From the NCBI GenBank assembly GCA_963817915.1, contig CAWFQL010000016.1:352001-416000 (forward strand): a DNA stretch of 64,000 bases. Direction: 5' to 3'. The notes beneath the pieces are model-generated. The model saw only the letters and a list, made by a program, of their open reading frames with translations, did no database searches and was not told the origin of the DNA. Position 1 is the stretch's first letter, and the number at the start of each line of letters is the position of its first letter. Origin of the DNA: an uncultured candidate division Zixibacteria bacterium (GTDB lineage Bacteria; Zixibacteria; MSB-5A5; UBA10806). The position numbers were made by a program, and so were the translations under genes. This document shows, in pieces, positions 19,923 to 30,231 of this stretch.

Positions 19923-21473
19923 ATGAAACTCTGCACTCCTCATCAGATGCAAAATATCGATCGTCGCGCAATCGATGAAATGAAAATACCCGGCCTCGAC
20001 CTCATGGAAAATGCCGGCTCCAAGGTGGCCGAGACTATTCTGCAGCATTTCGGCAATGTGCGCGGAAAAATCGTGACAATTGTCTGCGGCAAGGGGAATA
20101 ATGGCGGCGATGGATTTGTTGTTGCCAGGTTGCTCCATGAAAAAGCGGCGAAGATCGAATTATTTATTATAGGCGATAAGCTGGCGGTTCAAGGGGATGC
20201 CGAGAACAATCTCAAACGAGCCGAGCAGGCTGGACTTCTGGTAAAAGAAATTCGTGGTGTCGATGAATTCTTTATTCACGACGAGACCGCGCTCATTGTC
20301 GACGCGATATTCGGGACAGGATTTTCGGGCCAGATTGGAAGCCCCTTCGATGAAATAATTGTCCGTATCAATAATCATCCAGCTCCGGTGGTTGCTATCG
20401 ATTCTCCCAGCGGTCTGGACGCTGCCACCGGCGAGGTCTCCGCGCCGACAGTGCAGGCCGATCTAACTGTAACATTCGGGCTGCCGAAGTACGGACAGAT
20501 GATTTATCCCGGCAAATCATTCCGCGGATCTCTGGTGATTGCCGATATTGGATTTCCCTATAGAGCAATCAGCGATGAAAATATTTATCTCAATGTCCTC
20601 ATGGACGACGAAGCCGCGATGCTTCTCCCGCGACGAGCCCCTGATTCGCATAAGGGTGATCTCGGCAAATTACTCGTGCTCGCCGGATCGGAAGGATACA
20701 CGGGTGCCGCCGCCTTAACCGCCGAAGCCGGGCTTCGTTCCGGAACCGGTTTGACAATTTTGGGTTGTCCGACTGGATTAAATGATATTTTAGAGGTGAA
20801 ACTGACCGAAGTTATTACCAAGCCGTTGCCCGACGTCCGAAAGCGACGCTGTTTCGCCTTACGCGGGCTGGGAGAAATCAGAGAAATGACAAAATGGGCT
20901 GATGCCGTCGCGGTCGGCCCCGGAATTGGTACATATCATGAAACTCGCGACCTAATTTGTCGATTGTTAGATAAACTTGACAAACCGGCAGTCTTCGATG
21001 CCGATGCCCTGACCATCCTTGCAAAGAATTTGGACTGCCTGAGGGCGCATTCCGCCCCGCTTGTAATTTCACCACACCCCGGCGAAATGTCCCGTCTGAC
21101 CGGCAAATCTATCGAAATTATTCAAGAAAATCGTATAAACATAGCCCTGGAATTCGCTTCCGACTACAATTTAGTCTGTATTTTGAAGGGTGCACCGTCT
21201 GTGATAGCCGCTCCATCGGGCCAGGCCTGGATCAATCTCAATGGCAACGATGGCATGGCGACTGCCGGTTCGGGTGATGTTTTAACCGGCCTGATCGGTG
21301 GATTTTTGGCGCAAGGGCTTATGGATATCGACGCCGCCATATTAGCCTGCTATGTCCATGGTAGAGCGGGAGATATGGCCAGAGATGACCTCGGCGCCCG
21401 CGGAATGATCGCCGGCGACATCCTCAGCGCAGTCCCCGAAGCCCTGAAGGGGATGGAAGAAGATAGCCATTAG
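19923..21473 (+). CDS. nnr: Bifunctional NAD(P)H-hydrate epimerase/dehydratase
   Basis: LMENAG, GKGNNGGDG, DAIFGTG, HKG, PHPGEM and GMATAGSGDVL motifs. Confidence 0.95.
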   Translation: MKLCTPHQMQNIDRRAIDEMKIPGLDLMENAGSKVAETILQHFGNVRGKIVTIVCGKGNNGGDGFVVARLLHEKAAKIELFIIGDKLAVQGDAENNLKRAEQAGLLVKEIRGVDEFFIHDETALIVDAIFGTGFSGQIGSPFDEIIVRINNHPAPVVAIDSPSGLDAATGEVSAPTVQADLTVTFGLPKYGQMIYPGKSFRGSLVIADIGFPYRAISDENIYLNVLMDDEAAMLLPRRAPDSHKGDLGKLLVLAGSEGYTGAAALTAEAGLRSGTGLTILGCPTGLNDILEVKLTEVITKPLPDVRKRRCFALRGLGEIREMTKWADAVAVGPGIGTYHETRDLICRLLDKLDKPAVFDADALTILAKNLDCLRAHSAPLVISPHPGEMSRLTGKSIEIIQENRINIALEFASDYNLVCILKGAPSVIAAPSGQAWINLNGNDGMATAGSGDVLTGLIGGFLAQGLMDIDAAILACYVHGRAGDMARDDLGARGMIAGDILSAVPEALKGMEEDSH

Positions 21474-21606
21474 TAGCCCAAAACACCTTGCAGTTCTGGG
21501 AAATATCCCGGATCTCCTGGAATTTTATGATTGAAATTCAAATATATTGTAGGGGTTTGATTTATCAAACCCTAAATATTACTTATACTCTAATAAAGAG
21601 ATAAAA

Positions 21607-22179
21607 TTGATGTCCAAATTCGTCTCACGTCATAATACCAGGCTTCCCGTATTCAATTACGCAACACAGGGATCGTATTTTATAACAATTTGCGTCCACC
21701 AAATGAAAGAGGAATTTGGCACGGTAATGAAAGATATAATGCATTTGAATGAATATGGCGCGATCGCTGCGTCACGATGGCAACAATTATCTGAGCATTT
21801 TTTAAATATCGAATTAGATGAATTTATTGCTATGCCAAATCATATACATGGAATAATTATCATTAAAGATGTCGAAGAACATGGAGCGGGTTTGATGAAT
21901 CAAACCCCTACGCAAACTTCCAGAAAAAGCAAAAATTGGCAACTATTGTCTGAATCTTCCGGCGCTCTTGGCAAATATATTAGGTATTTCAAGGCTGGAA
22001 CAGCGAGAGTAATTAGGCAGAACGGCTGTACTGATTTCCGCTGGCAAAGAAATTATTATGAACATGTTATTCGTAATGAACGAGACTTATTTGCCATAAG
22101 ACGATATATACATAATAATCCCATGAAGTGGGAGCTTGATGACCATAATCTACGGAATCACAAGAATAGGAATTTGTAG
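21607..22179 (+). mobile_element. REP-associated tyrosine transposase (RAYT, Y1 HUH family)
   Basis: YFITIC, MPNHIHGII (HUH), WQRNYYEHVIR and YIHNNP motifs; GTAG-REP palindromes at 21549..21574 and inside the gene at 21886..21911. Confidence 0.9.
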
Positions 22180-22259
22180 CTCAAAACATACAATTTTTTC
22201 GGTTTTCTCCAAATCTCTAAGAGAATTGAGCTACAACTAATCATAGATTCAATATTGAC

Positions 22260-22949
22260 ATGTTAGATCAAATTTTTTCATATCGTGAAATGTGTGATGC
22301 TGAAAAAATGCAGACGCTTCAACGAGGCATGAATTTCAAAATAAATCCTCAATACTCATTAGTACTTATGTCTAGACGTTCTAATGCTCCTTATCTTGAT
22401 AATATCCTTGATGATGGAATAACGATTGAATACGAAGGTCATGACGAGCCGAAGACGTCTCATGAAATAAACCCCAAAGCACTTGACCAGCCAAGTGTAA
22501 CTAAAAATGGAACATTAACGCAAAATGGAAAATTTATTGAGGCTATTGAGAATTATAAAAAGGGAATTGCAGAGGTGGAGCCCGTAAAAGTTTACGAAAA
22601 GATATTGCCCGGAGTCTGGTCGTTAAAGGGTTTTTTTGATCTAATTGACTATAAAATTAGGCATGATGGTAAAAGAAATGTTTTTAAATTTCTTTTGAGG
22701 CTGTCTCTTGATCAGAATGCGGAAAAAAACATTCAAATTGACCTAAAACATACTAGACTAATATCATCAGAGATAAAAATGGAAGTATGGAAGAGAGATA
22801 AGGGAAAATGCGTGCTTTGTGGTTCAATCAAAAATTTGCATTTCGACCATGACCTCCCTTTTTCAAAAGGAGGGACAAGCCTATTGGCCAAAAACATTCG
22901 TTTATTATGTGCTAAATGTAACTTGTCTAAATCCAATAAAATTGAATAA
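22260..22949 (+). CDS. HNH endonuclease with SRA-like N-terminal domain (possible modification-dependent restriction nuclease)
   Basis: C-terminal CVLC...HFDH...GG...NIRLLCAKCN HNH; N-terminal Y.D..D...IEYEG...DQ....N pattern reminiscent of SRA/YDG. Confidence 0.7.
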   Translation: MLDQIFSYREMCDAEKMQTLQRGMNFKINPQYSLVLMSRRSNAPYLDNILDDGITIEYEGHDEPKTSHEINPKALDQPSVTKNGTLTQNGKFIEAIENYKKGIAEVEPVKVYEKILPGVWSLKGFFDLIDYKIRHDGKRNVFKFLLRLSLDQNAEKNIQIDLKHTRLISSEIKMEVWKRDKGKCVLCGSIKNLHFDHDLPFSKGGTSLLAKNIRLLCAKCNLSKSNKIE

Positions 22950-22955
22950 TCCCGT

Positions 22956-22982
22956 GTAGGGGCCGACCTATGTGTCGGCCCG
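22956..22982. repeat. GTAG-REP palindrome (identical copy at 23990..24016)
   Basis: GTAGGGGCCGACCTATGTGTCGGCCCG at both sites. Confidence 0.85.
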
Positions 22983-23046
22983 AACATGACGGCGCTCGCG
23001 CAGGTGCGCTCCCATACGGAAATCGACAAATATTCGAGGTATCATC

Positions 23047-23844
23047 ATGAACCGTTATGAAAATGGCAATAAAATCCTCTGGGATGAATTGACCGATGTC
23101 CATATAAAATCGTACGGTGTTGATAAATTCAAGCAGGGGAAATCGACCCTTGACGAAATTCAGCTCCGCGAAGTCGGCGATGTCAAAGGCAAAACGCTTT
23201 TGCACCTCCAATGCCATTTCGGATTGGATACGCTGTCGTGGGCCAGAGAGGGAGCGGTTGTTACCGGCGTGGATTTCGTTGAAAAAGCAATCGCCTACGC
23301 CAATAAACTTAAAGACGAAACCGGCCTCAACGCCCGTTTTATTTGCTCAAATATTTACGATCTCGAAAAACATCTCAATGAGCAATTCGATATAGTTTAC
23401 ACATCCCAAGGCGTGCTTTGCTGGCTTAGAGACTTGAATAAATGGGCTCAAATCATCGCGAAATTTCTCAAGCCGGGCGGAATATTCTATCTGATGGAAT
23501 CGCATCCGGTAATGCATATCTTCGATGATACCATCAAGGGGCCATTGAAAATCACTCAGCCGTACTTTCATAATGACGATCCGATCATCTGGGACGATCA
23601 TCATCCCGATTATTCCGATCAATCGCATCTGGTCGAAAATCCGTCGTACGAATGGCAGTGGTCGCTCTCTGACATTATTAATTCATTGATCAACGCCGGC
23701 CTGCGAATTGAATTTCTCAATGAATACAATAAGGAATTTTGCTATGCCTTGCCGGATATGGTGCGCAGGGAAGACGGTTGGTGGTACCTGCCCGGCTATG
23801 AAAAGAATTTGCCGTTGATGTTTACGATCAGAGCGAAGAAGTAG
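23047..23844 (+). CDS. Class I SAM-dependent methyltransferase
   Basis: LLHLQCHFG variant motif I, VTGVDF, FDIVY and LKPGG motifs. Confidence 0.9.
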   Translation: MNRYENGNKILWDELTDVHIKSYGVDKFKQGKSTLDEIQLREVGDVKGKTLLHLQCHFGLDTLSWAREGAVVTGVDFVEKAIAYANKLKDETGLNARFICSNIYDLEKHLNEQFDIVYTSQGVLCWLRDLNKWAQIIAKFLKPGGIFYLMESHPVMHIFDDTIKGPLKITQPYFHNDDPIIWDDHHPDYSDQSHLVENPSYEWQWSLSDIINSLINAGLRIEFLNEYNKEFCYALPDMVRREDGWWYLPGYEKNLPLMFTIRAKK

Positions 23845-24288
23845 CCTTTTTTCGATTTTTCATTCCAGCGAATGCCCATAATTGGCCGGGTGCATAATCG
23901 GCTGAAATCTTTCCCGGTTAAACAAAGATAGATTCCGCATCAAGCTCTCTTGAGTCCGGCGACTGACGGATGCGGAATGACAGGTTATCGTAGGGGCCGA
24001 CCTATGTGTCGGCCCGGCATAACTGACACCCCTCCGCGGTCATTGCTTTGTCCGGCAGCTGCCGGATTGTAAATCCGGCCATTGACGGACTAGCAAAGAC
24101 AGGTAATTCCTGCGAGTCACGGTTTACCGTGACCGCATCCTTTCTTCGTTTGCGGTTAGAGCAAGCCCTGACGCGCAACAATAACAAAAATCGCCTACTC
24201 TATTTTATCGCATAATAGGTCTTCTAATTTCGCTCTCATTATTTGCATTTATTCTTGCCATATATTATCATTAATCCGCAATGCTTAC

Positions 24289-25989
24289 ATGGAGGACTCA
24301 ATGATCGCATTAGTAGTCGTTATTTCTATGATCGTGCTGCTTGCCGGATACCTGACTTACGGGAAAATTCTGTCAAACAAATTTCAGCTCAATGATGCCA
24401 ATCCCACTCCCGCCTGCCAGATCAATGATGGAGTCGATTTTGTTCCAGCCAAAGCCAGCCTGCTTTTGGGCCAGCATTTTTCGGCGATAGCGGCCGCGGG
24501 CCCGATTGTGGGACCAATATTAGCGGCAATCTGGTTTGGATGGCTTCCGGCGATTTTATGGATATTGCTCGGATCGATTTTTATCGGCGGCGTGCATGAT
24601 TTCTCAAGCCTGGTAGCATCGATTAGACATAAGGCAACATCGATTGCGGAAATAGTCAAAGGCAATATGTCGCGGACATCGCATATACTGTTTTTGATAT
24701 TCGTCTGGCTGTCATTGGTCTATGTAATCATAGCATTCACCGATATCACTGCGCAAACATTCAAGACGGTCGCGGCAGGTGATGCCTACGGGCCCGGCGT
24801 GGCGGCATCATCGATATTGTATATCCTCGTAGCAATGGTGATGGGGATTCTACTATATAAATTCAAAGTCAAAGTCGGTATCGCGACATTGATATTTCTA
24901 CCTATCGTATTATTTATAGTCTGGGTCGGCCCTCAAATGCCCGCATCGATATTATCATTCTTCGGCAGTATTCCCACCAAACAATGGGACTTGATCCTAC
25001 TGGCCTATTGCTTTATCGCCTCGATCATACCGATGTGGCTTTTGCTTCAGCCGCGCGGCTATCTTGGCGGATGGTTATTATATCTGACAATCGCAGTCGG
25101 ATTAATCGGCGCGTTATTCGGCGGATTCTCAGTACAATATCCGGCGTTGAATCTGTCCGGCATGTCGAGTATTGCGAATGGTAAGCTGATATTTCCGATT
25201 TTATTCATTACAGTGGCCTGCGGAGCGTGCTCCGGATTTCATGGAATTGTATCATCCGGCACGACATCGAAACAGCTATATAAAGAAACCGATGCCCGCA
25301 AGGTCGGCTATGGCGCCATGCTTCTCGAGGGATTAGTAGGCGTGCTGGCATTAGCGACAGTGATGATGCTACCGGTTGGCTCCGAAATGCTCAAGAGCGA
25401 CCCAAATCTTATCTATGCCAACGGTCTCGCAAAATATTTGGGCCTGATTGGTGTCGGATTCAAGATCGCGTTCCCATTTGCTTTATTGGCATTCTCGACA
25501 TTTGTTTATGATACTCTGGATGTCTGCACTCGTCTGGGCCGTTACATCTTTCAAGAAATATTCGGACTAAAGGGCCGCAGCGGAGCCGTAATTGCGACAT
25601 TGGCGACCCTTGTTATTCCGGTAGTATTCTTATTGCTCACAAAGGAAAAAGGGTATCTGGTAGCCTGGCCGATATTCGGCACCAGCAATCAGCTTCTGGC
25701 AAGTCTGATATTGATGGCGTTATCGGTGTGGCTTATGAAAACCGGCAAGAACGCCCTCTTCACGATTCTCCCTATGATATTCATGCTGGTAATGACATTA
25801 TGGTCGCTGATTGTCCAGATAATCCCATTCATGAGAATAATCCCCGAGTGGTTCGGCGGAGTCGAAATAAAACCCGATATAATAATCTCCGGAGTATTCG
25901 GTGTAATCCTTCTGGTATTGAGCTTATGGCTTTTGTATGAGGCCCGTTATGCGCTATTGCCTAAAAAGGAAAGCGTCTATGGCAAATAA
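24289..25989 (+). CDS. cstA: Carbon starvation protein A family transporter
   Basis: GQHFSAIAAAGPIVGP, LLQPRGY, ACGACSGFH and WPIFGTSNQL motifs; polytopic membrane protein. Confidence 0.95.
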   Translation: MEDSMIALVVVISMIVLLAGYLTYGKILSNKFQLNDANPTPACQINDGVDFVPAKASLLLGQHFSAIAAAGPIVGPILAAIWFGWLPAILWILLGSIFIGGVHDFSSLVASIRHKATSIAEIVKGNMSRTSHILFLIFVWLSLVYVIIAFTDITAQTFKTVAAGDAYGPGVAASSILYILVAMVMGILLYKFKVKVGIATLIFLPIVLFIVWVGPQMPASILSFFGSIPTKQWDLILLAYCFIASIIPMWLLLQPRGYLGGWLLYLTIAVGLIGALFGGFSVQYPALNLSGMSSIANGKLIFPILFITVACGACSGFHGIVSSGTTSKQLYKETDARKVGYGAMLLEGLVGVLALATVMMLPVGSEMLKSDPNLIYANGLAKYLGLIGVGFKIAFPFALLAFSTFVYDTLDVCTRLGRYIFQEIFGLKGRSGAVIATLATLVIPVVFLLLTKEKGYLVAWPIFGTSNQLLASLILMALSVWLMKTGKNALFTILPMIFMLVMTLWSLIVQIIPFMRIIPEWFGGVEIKPDIIISGVFGVILLVLSLWLLYEARYALLPKKESVYGK

Positions 25990-26145
25990 AGATCGTTTTC
26001 GAAAAACCCGTTGCCCGTCTTTGCAAGGAGACCGGCAGCCGCCGGTCGACGAACCAATCTATGGGCAGCATCCTTCAGATTGCTTCGTCCGCCTGCGGCG
26101 GACTCGCAATGACCTTTGCTACTGTTCGTATCGTTGAGGTATATA

Positions 26146-27361
26146 ATGAATATTAAACCAAATTTAAATAATTCGTTTAGCCCGAAAATACTTCAGCTTG
26201 CCAAATTTCACGCGGCGGAGATGATCCGTCTTCGGCGCCAGCTCCATCAATATCCCGAGACTGCTATGGAAGAATTCCAGACTCAAAAGACAATGGCCGC
26301 GATGCTCAAGAAAGCCGGTTGCCAGGTAGATACCAAGATTTGGAAAACTGCGGTCGTCGGCGTTCTAAATGGCAAACACAAAGGCAAGACTATCGGCATT
26401 CGCTCCGATATGGACGCACTGCCCGTGACAGAGCAGACCGGATATACGTTCGCAAGCAAGACCATGGGCAGGATGCACGCTTGCGGCCACGACGCTCACA
26501 TGTCGATTGTCTGGGGCGCGGCGAAGATATTAAGTGAATTGAAAGACGAGCTAAACGGCTCGATCAAATTTGTCTATCAGCCATCGGAAGAAAAACATCC
26601 CGGTGGGGCGAAAGCCGTTAATCGACCATGGCGTCCTGAAAAATCCGCAGGTATCCGCGATGCTTGGCTTGCATGTCTATCCGACTGTACCAGCAGGCAA
26701 GATCGGTATCATGGATGGCGCCATGATGGCTGAGGCAGATGAATTTACTATAACTGTTATTGGCCGTTCAGGGCATGCCGCCCGTCCGCATGAGACTGTG
26801 GATTCTATTGTAGTGGCCGCGAATATTATTACTGCATTGCAGAATATCGCCTCCAGGCAGGTGTCGCCATTCGATCCGGTGGTTATCACGATCGGCCAGA
26901 TCAATGGCGGGACAGCGAATAATATTATCACCGGCGAAGTCGTGATAAAAGGCACTGCCAGAACATTGAGCCCGAATCTGACCAAGGCAATCCCCAAGAT
27001 GCTGGAAAAAATCATCGCCGGTGTCTGTGAGACATTCGGGGCCAAATATAAATTCGATTTCACCCGTGGCTATCCTCCGCTCGTGAATAGCAAAAGCATC
27101 AACGATATTTATCGTCGGTCGGCTAGCGAGCTATATGGCGCAAAATCGATTATCGAAGTAACCGAGCCTTCGATGGGCGGTGAGGATTTCGCATTCTACA
27201 CGCAGAAGGTGCCGTCGGCTATGTTACAGCTTGGAGTTCGCAACCCAGCCATCGGCGCGGATAAGCCCTGGCATCATTCGGAATTCAAGCTCGATGAGAT
27301 GGCGATACCATTCGGCGCGGCACTACTGGCGCATTCTGCAGTAATAGCGCTCAAAAATTAA
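26146..27361 (+). CDS. M20D amidohydrolase, split by an apparent frameshift near 26605
   Basis: RSDMDALP, MHACGHD and QPSEE in the first ORF; GHAARPH, MGGEDF and HH in the second. Confidence 0.88.
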
Positions 27362-27377
27362 ATGAGTCTATTAATAA

Positions 27378-29099
27378 TTACTTCTTGATCCTATCAACGT
27401 ACTCATCTATCGCCTGCTTGATCGTTCTATAAATTTCTCTTACTCCATATAGATTATTTTCAATCGGATCGTTGATAATCACTGGGCCGCGTTTTGATAG
27501 ATGTCCAAGATAGCAGAGTTTTCTTTTCGCGAACGGGAATCTTTCCAGTATTGAATCTTTATTATGGCGATCGAATATGAATATGACATCGGCCCTTCGA
27601 ATCATTTTCTCGGTAACAAAAACCGAACGGTGCGCCGATAGATCGACATCGAATTCATCGGCGATATCAATCGCTCGTTGATGACAGGGCCGGCCGGCGC
27701 GCGGCAGATACCCTCCTGACGCAATCTCGATATCGGCAGGCAGCACGTTGCGGGCATAGTTATCTGCGAATGGGCTGCGGTAGATATTGCCGTAGCATAT
27801 AAAAAGAACGCCTTTCGCCTTGCGCATTAATTTTCTCGCACGATGTACTCTGAAATTCCTGATAATTTTACATTGAGGCAACGCCTCTCTGATTTTTTTG
27901 GCGATTAATTTAATCAATCGTCCGAACTCGTAGATTCCGGGCATCATGTCATCGATTACGCAGGTATCATTTTTTTCTCGAAATAACAGCAAATTAGAAA
28001 ATTCGGAGAGTACTTTGCTATTCGGCAACGTATTTTTCGATGGATCTGTCTTATCAGTCGAGAAATTGCTAAGTATCCATTCAAAATCGCGGATACGATT
28101 TCTGCAATAAAGATCAGTATTATAATCTTGAGCGAAATCTCTCTTGTTTTCAACCTTCATTTGATACAAGAAGTATGGGAAATCCGCGCCTGCTGCCACC
28201 GCCAAAGGTATCGAGCCCCAGAAACGACCGTTGATCTCGAGAAAAATCCATTTGCCGGAGGAAAAATCGAATTTGAATTCCGCCATGCCGACACCGGTGT
28301 AATCAATCTGAGAAATTATCTTCTTAGTAGCGTCCAATAGATCGGGATTGAGCTCCGCGCTTTTTCGATATGAACTCCCGCCCCCCATCAATGGCTCATG
28401 CAGTCTGACATGCTCGAACGCGAACAATATCTTCCCTTGATCTGCCAAAAACTCAATCCCCACACCTGAGCCTATAAAATTCTCCTGTATTAAAACATCG
28501 CCAAAAGCTAATAGATGCCGCAGGCTTGTCTTCAGTTCTTTCGCATTGTATGCCTTATATACATACATTTTTCTTTTAAGGTCGCGCTTGTCAAATGACG
28601 CGCGCGGCTTCAAGACAATCGGGAAAGCAAAATCGCCCAGTATCGAATCGATTTCGGCTAGATCGCGGACCCTTCGCTCTTTCGGCATCGGAATATTCAG
28701 TGAATGAGCCAGGTCATCGGTCTTGAATTTATCGAAGACGACATCATATGCTTTTTGATTCAAGAGATAGACCGATGGATATTTTTCGAAATCAGCGCGG
28801 TGTAATTCAAGCGGCGTCGAGGCTTGCTCATTTACAGGCACGACAAAATCGAATTTCCCTTTTTCGATTAAGGCGATCAGTTCGTCTTTCCAGTAATTAT
28901 TGTCAGTTGTATAGGCTGGGAGTTCGTGAATATATTTCACATATTTGGAATGACGGGCGATACCCTCGTGATGAGACCATCCGAGATGAACCCGTATTCC
29001 TTTTCGTCCAAGCGAACGAATAATAGTCAGGCAGCTTCTATAATTCTTAAAATCGGTCCCGAGGACGAGAGCTTTTCGCTCTGGCTTTATTTCATTCAA
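27378..29099 (-). CDS. ATP-grasp (carboxylate-amine ligase-like) fused to low-molecular-weight phosphatase domain
   Basis: RSLGRKG, FPIVLKP, QENFIG and LEINGRFWGS ATP-grasp motifs; C-terminal FICYGNIYRSP...DP LMW-PTP fold. Confidence 0.85.
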   Translation of the reverse strand: MNEIKPERKALVLGTDFKNYRSCLTIIRSLGRKGIRVHLGWSHHEGIARHSKYVKYIHELPAYTTDNNYWKDELIALIEKGKFDFVVPVNEQASTPLELHRADFEKYPSVYLLNQKAYDVVFDKFKTDDLAHSLNIPMPKERRVRDLAEIDSILGDFAFPIVLKPRASFDKRDLKRKMYVYKAYNAKELKTSLRHLLAFGDVLIQENFIGSGVGIEFLADQGKILFAFEHVRLHEPLMGGGSSYRKSAELNPDLLDATKKIISQIDYTGVGMAEFKFDFSSGKWIFLEINGRFWGSIPLAVAAGADFPYFLYQMKVENKRDFAQDYNTDLYCRNRIRDFEWILSNFSTDKTDPSKNTLPNSKVLSEFSNLLLFREKNDTCVIDDMMPGIYEFGRLIKLIAKKIREALPQCKIIRNFRVHRARKLMRKAKGVLFICYGNIYRSPFADNYARNVLPADIEIASGGYLPRAGRPCHQRAIDIADEFDVDLSAHRSVFVTEKMIRRADVIFIFDRHNKDSILERFPFAKRKLCYLGHLSKRGPVIINDPIENNLYGVREIYRTIKQAIDEYVDRIKK

Positions 29100-29135
29100 A
29101 AATATCTCGCCGCGTCAGAATTATTATTCACTAAT

Positions 29136-29894
29136 TCAATTACCAAAATTCTGAAAAAGCTCTTCCATTGTCATGATCGTAAATTTGTTTGAACGGACAA
29201 ATCTTATCATCTCATCCAAAAAGGATGCCGGACCCATTCCGGGAAAAGTATTGGATTTAATCTGTGCTTCGGACATACGGATCCATTTGTCGGGCGGGAA
29301 TTTGATCTTCAAATCGGCCCAGGCCGCCGCCGATGTAACATTCATGGCGGTAATCATTGGATGAGCGCTGATAATCTTTATCCCCGGCTGGCTGAATTGC
29401 CTGGTAAATTGCGAAAAATCCCAGTTGCGGTTCCATTTGAAATGAATACCATCCTCCCAGAAGCAGGGGAATCTCACGATCCCCGACTCATGCTTGAGCG
29501 GTGCGATATCCTGCTGGCAATCAGTTATCAAATTGGAATCGAATAATATGCCTCGTTTGGCCAGCATTTCCGTGATAATCGCGTTATCGAAACATCGGTG
29601 CGCTCGAAAACATCGGGCACCCGGCGCAAACCGAAATACAGAATCGATAACCTCATCATATGTTTTGCCGTGACTGCTACCTTTTAGAAAATTGGGATGA
29701 ATACCGGTTTCTATTTTGCCCGCTTTGCGCCACTGATCGATCAAGCCGCTCTTGTGAGTTACAAAATACGTGGCCTTGATTTCGTGTTTGTCATAGATGG
29801 CTTGCTGTATTTCCAACGCCGCCTTGCTGGCCCAGTCCATATCCGATGTAAAACAATATACCGGCGCATATTTATAATTCGGTTCGACAGTCAT
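29136..29894 (-). CDS. Polysaccharide deacetylase-like protein (WbmS-like)
   Basis: FTSDMDWA, TYFVTH, GIHPNF, RAH and HP motifs. Confidence 0.7.
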   Translation of the reverse strand: MTVEPNYKYAPVYCFTSDMDWASKAALEIQQAIYDKHEIKATYFVTHKSGLIDQWRKAGKIETGIHPNFLKGSSHGKTYDEVIDSVFRFAPGARCFRAHRCFDNAIITEMLAKRGILFDSNLITDCQQDIAPLKHESGIVRFPCFWEDGIHFKWNRNWDFSQFTRQFSQPGIKIISAHPMITAMNVTSAAAWADLKIKFPPDKWIRMSEAQIKSNTFPGMGPASFLDEMIRFVRSNKFTIMTMEELFQNFGN

Positions 29895-29950
29895 ATTACG
29901 AATTATATAGCTATTTAATTTATGATAGTCAATAAAATGAAAACGTTATG

Positions 29951-30231
29951 GGTGCTGTCGGGTCGACATACTCGATTAATCGGTGCAGTCGGGTCGCCTG
30001 ACCCGACTGCGTATTAACTATCTAAATCTTCCCCGTGTCGTCGGCTCACCATACCCAAACCGCCGCATTTGTCGTCAGGTCGGGCGACCTGACGACACTC
30101 TTAGGTCTAACTTGGAGTGCTATCTACTCACTTCACCCGATTAATCGGTGCTGTTGGTTCGCCGTACCCTATTGATCGGTGCTGTCGGGTCGCCTGATCC
30201 GACAGCCATATTAACAAACTAAATCTTCCCC
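29951..30231. repeat. Cluster of GTCGGGTCGCCTGACCCGAC-type palindromes with a degenerate ~85 bp direct repeat
   Basis: 29951..30034 resembles 30147..30231; a further palindrome at 30071..30096. Confidence 0.75.
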
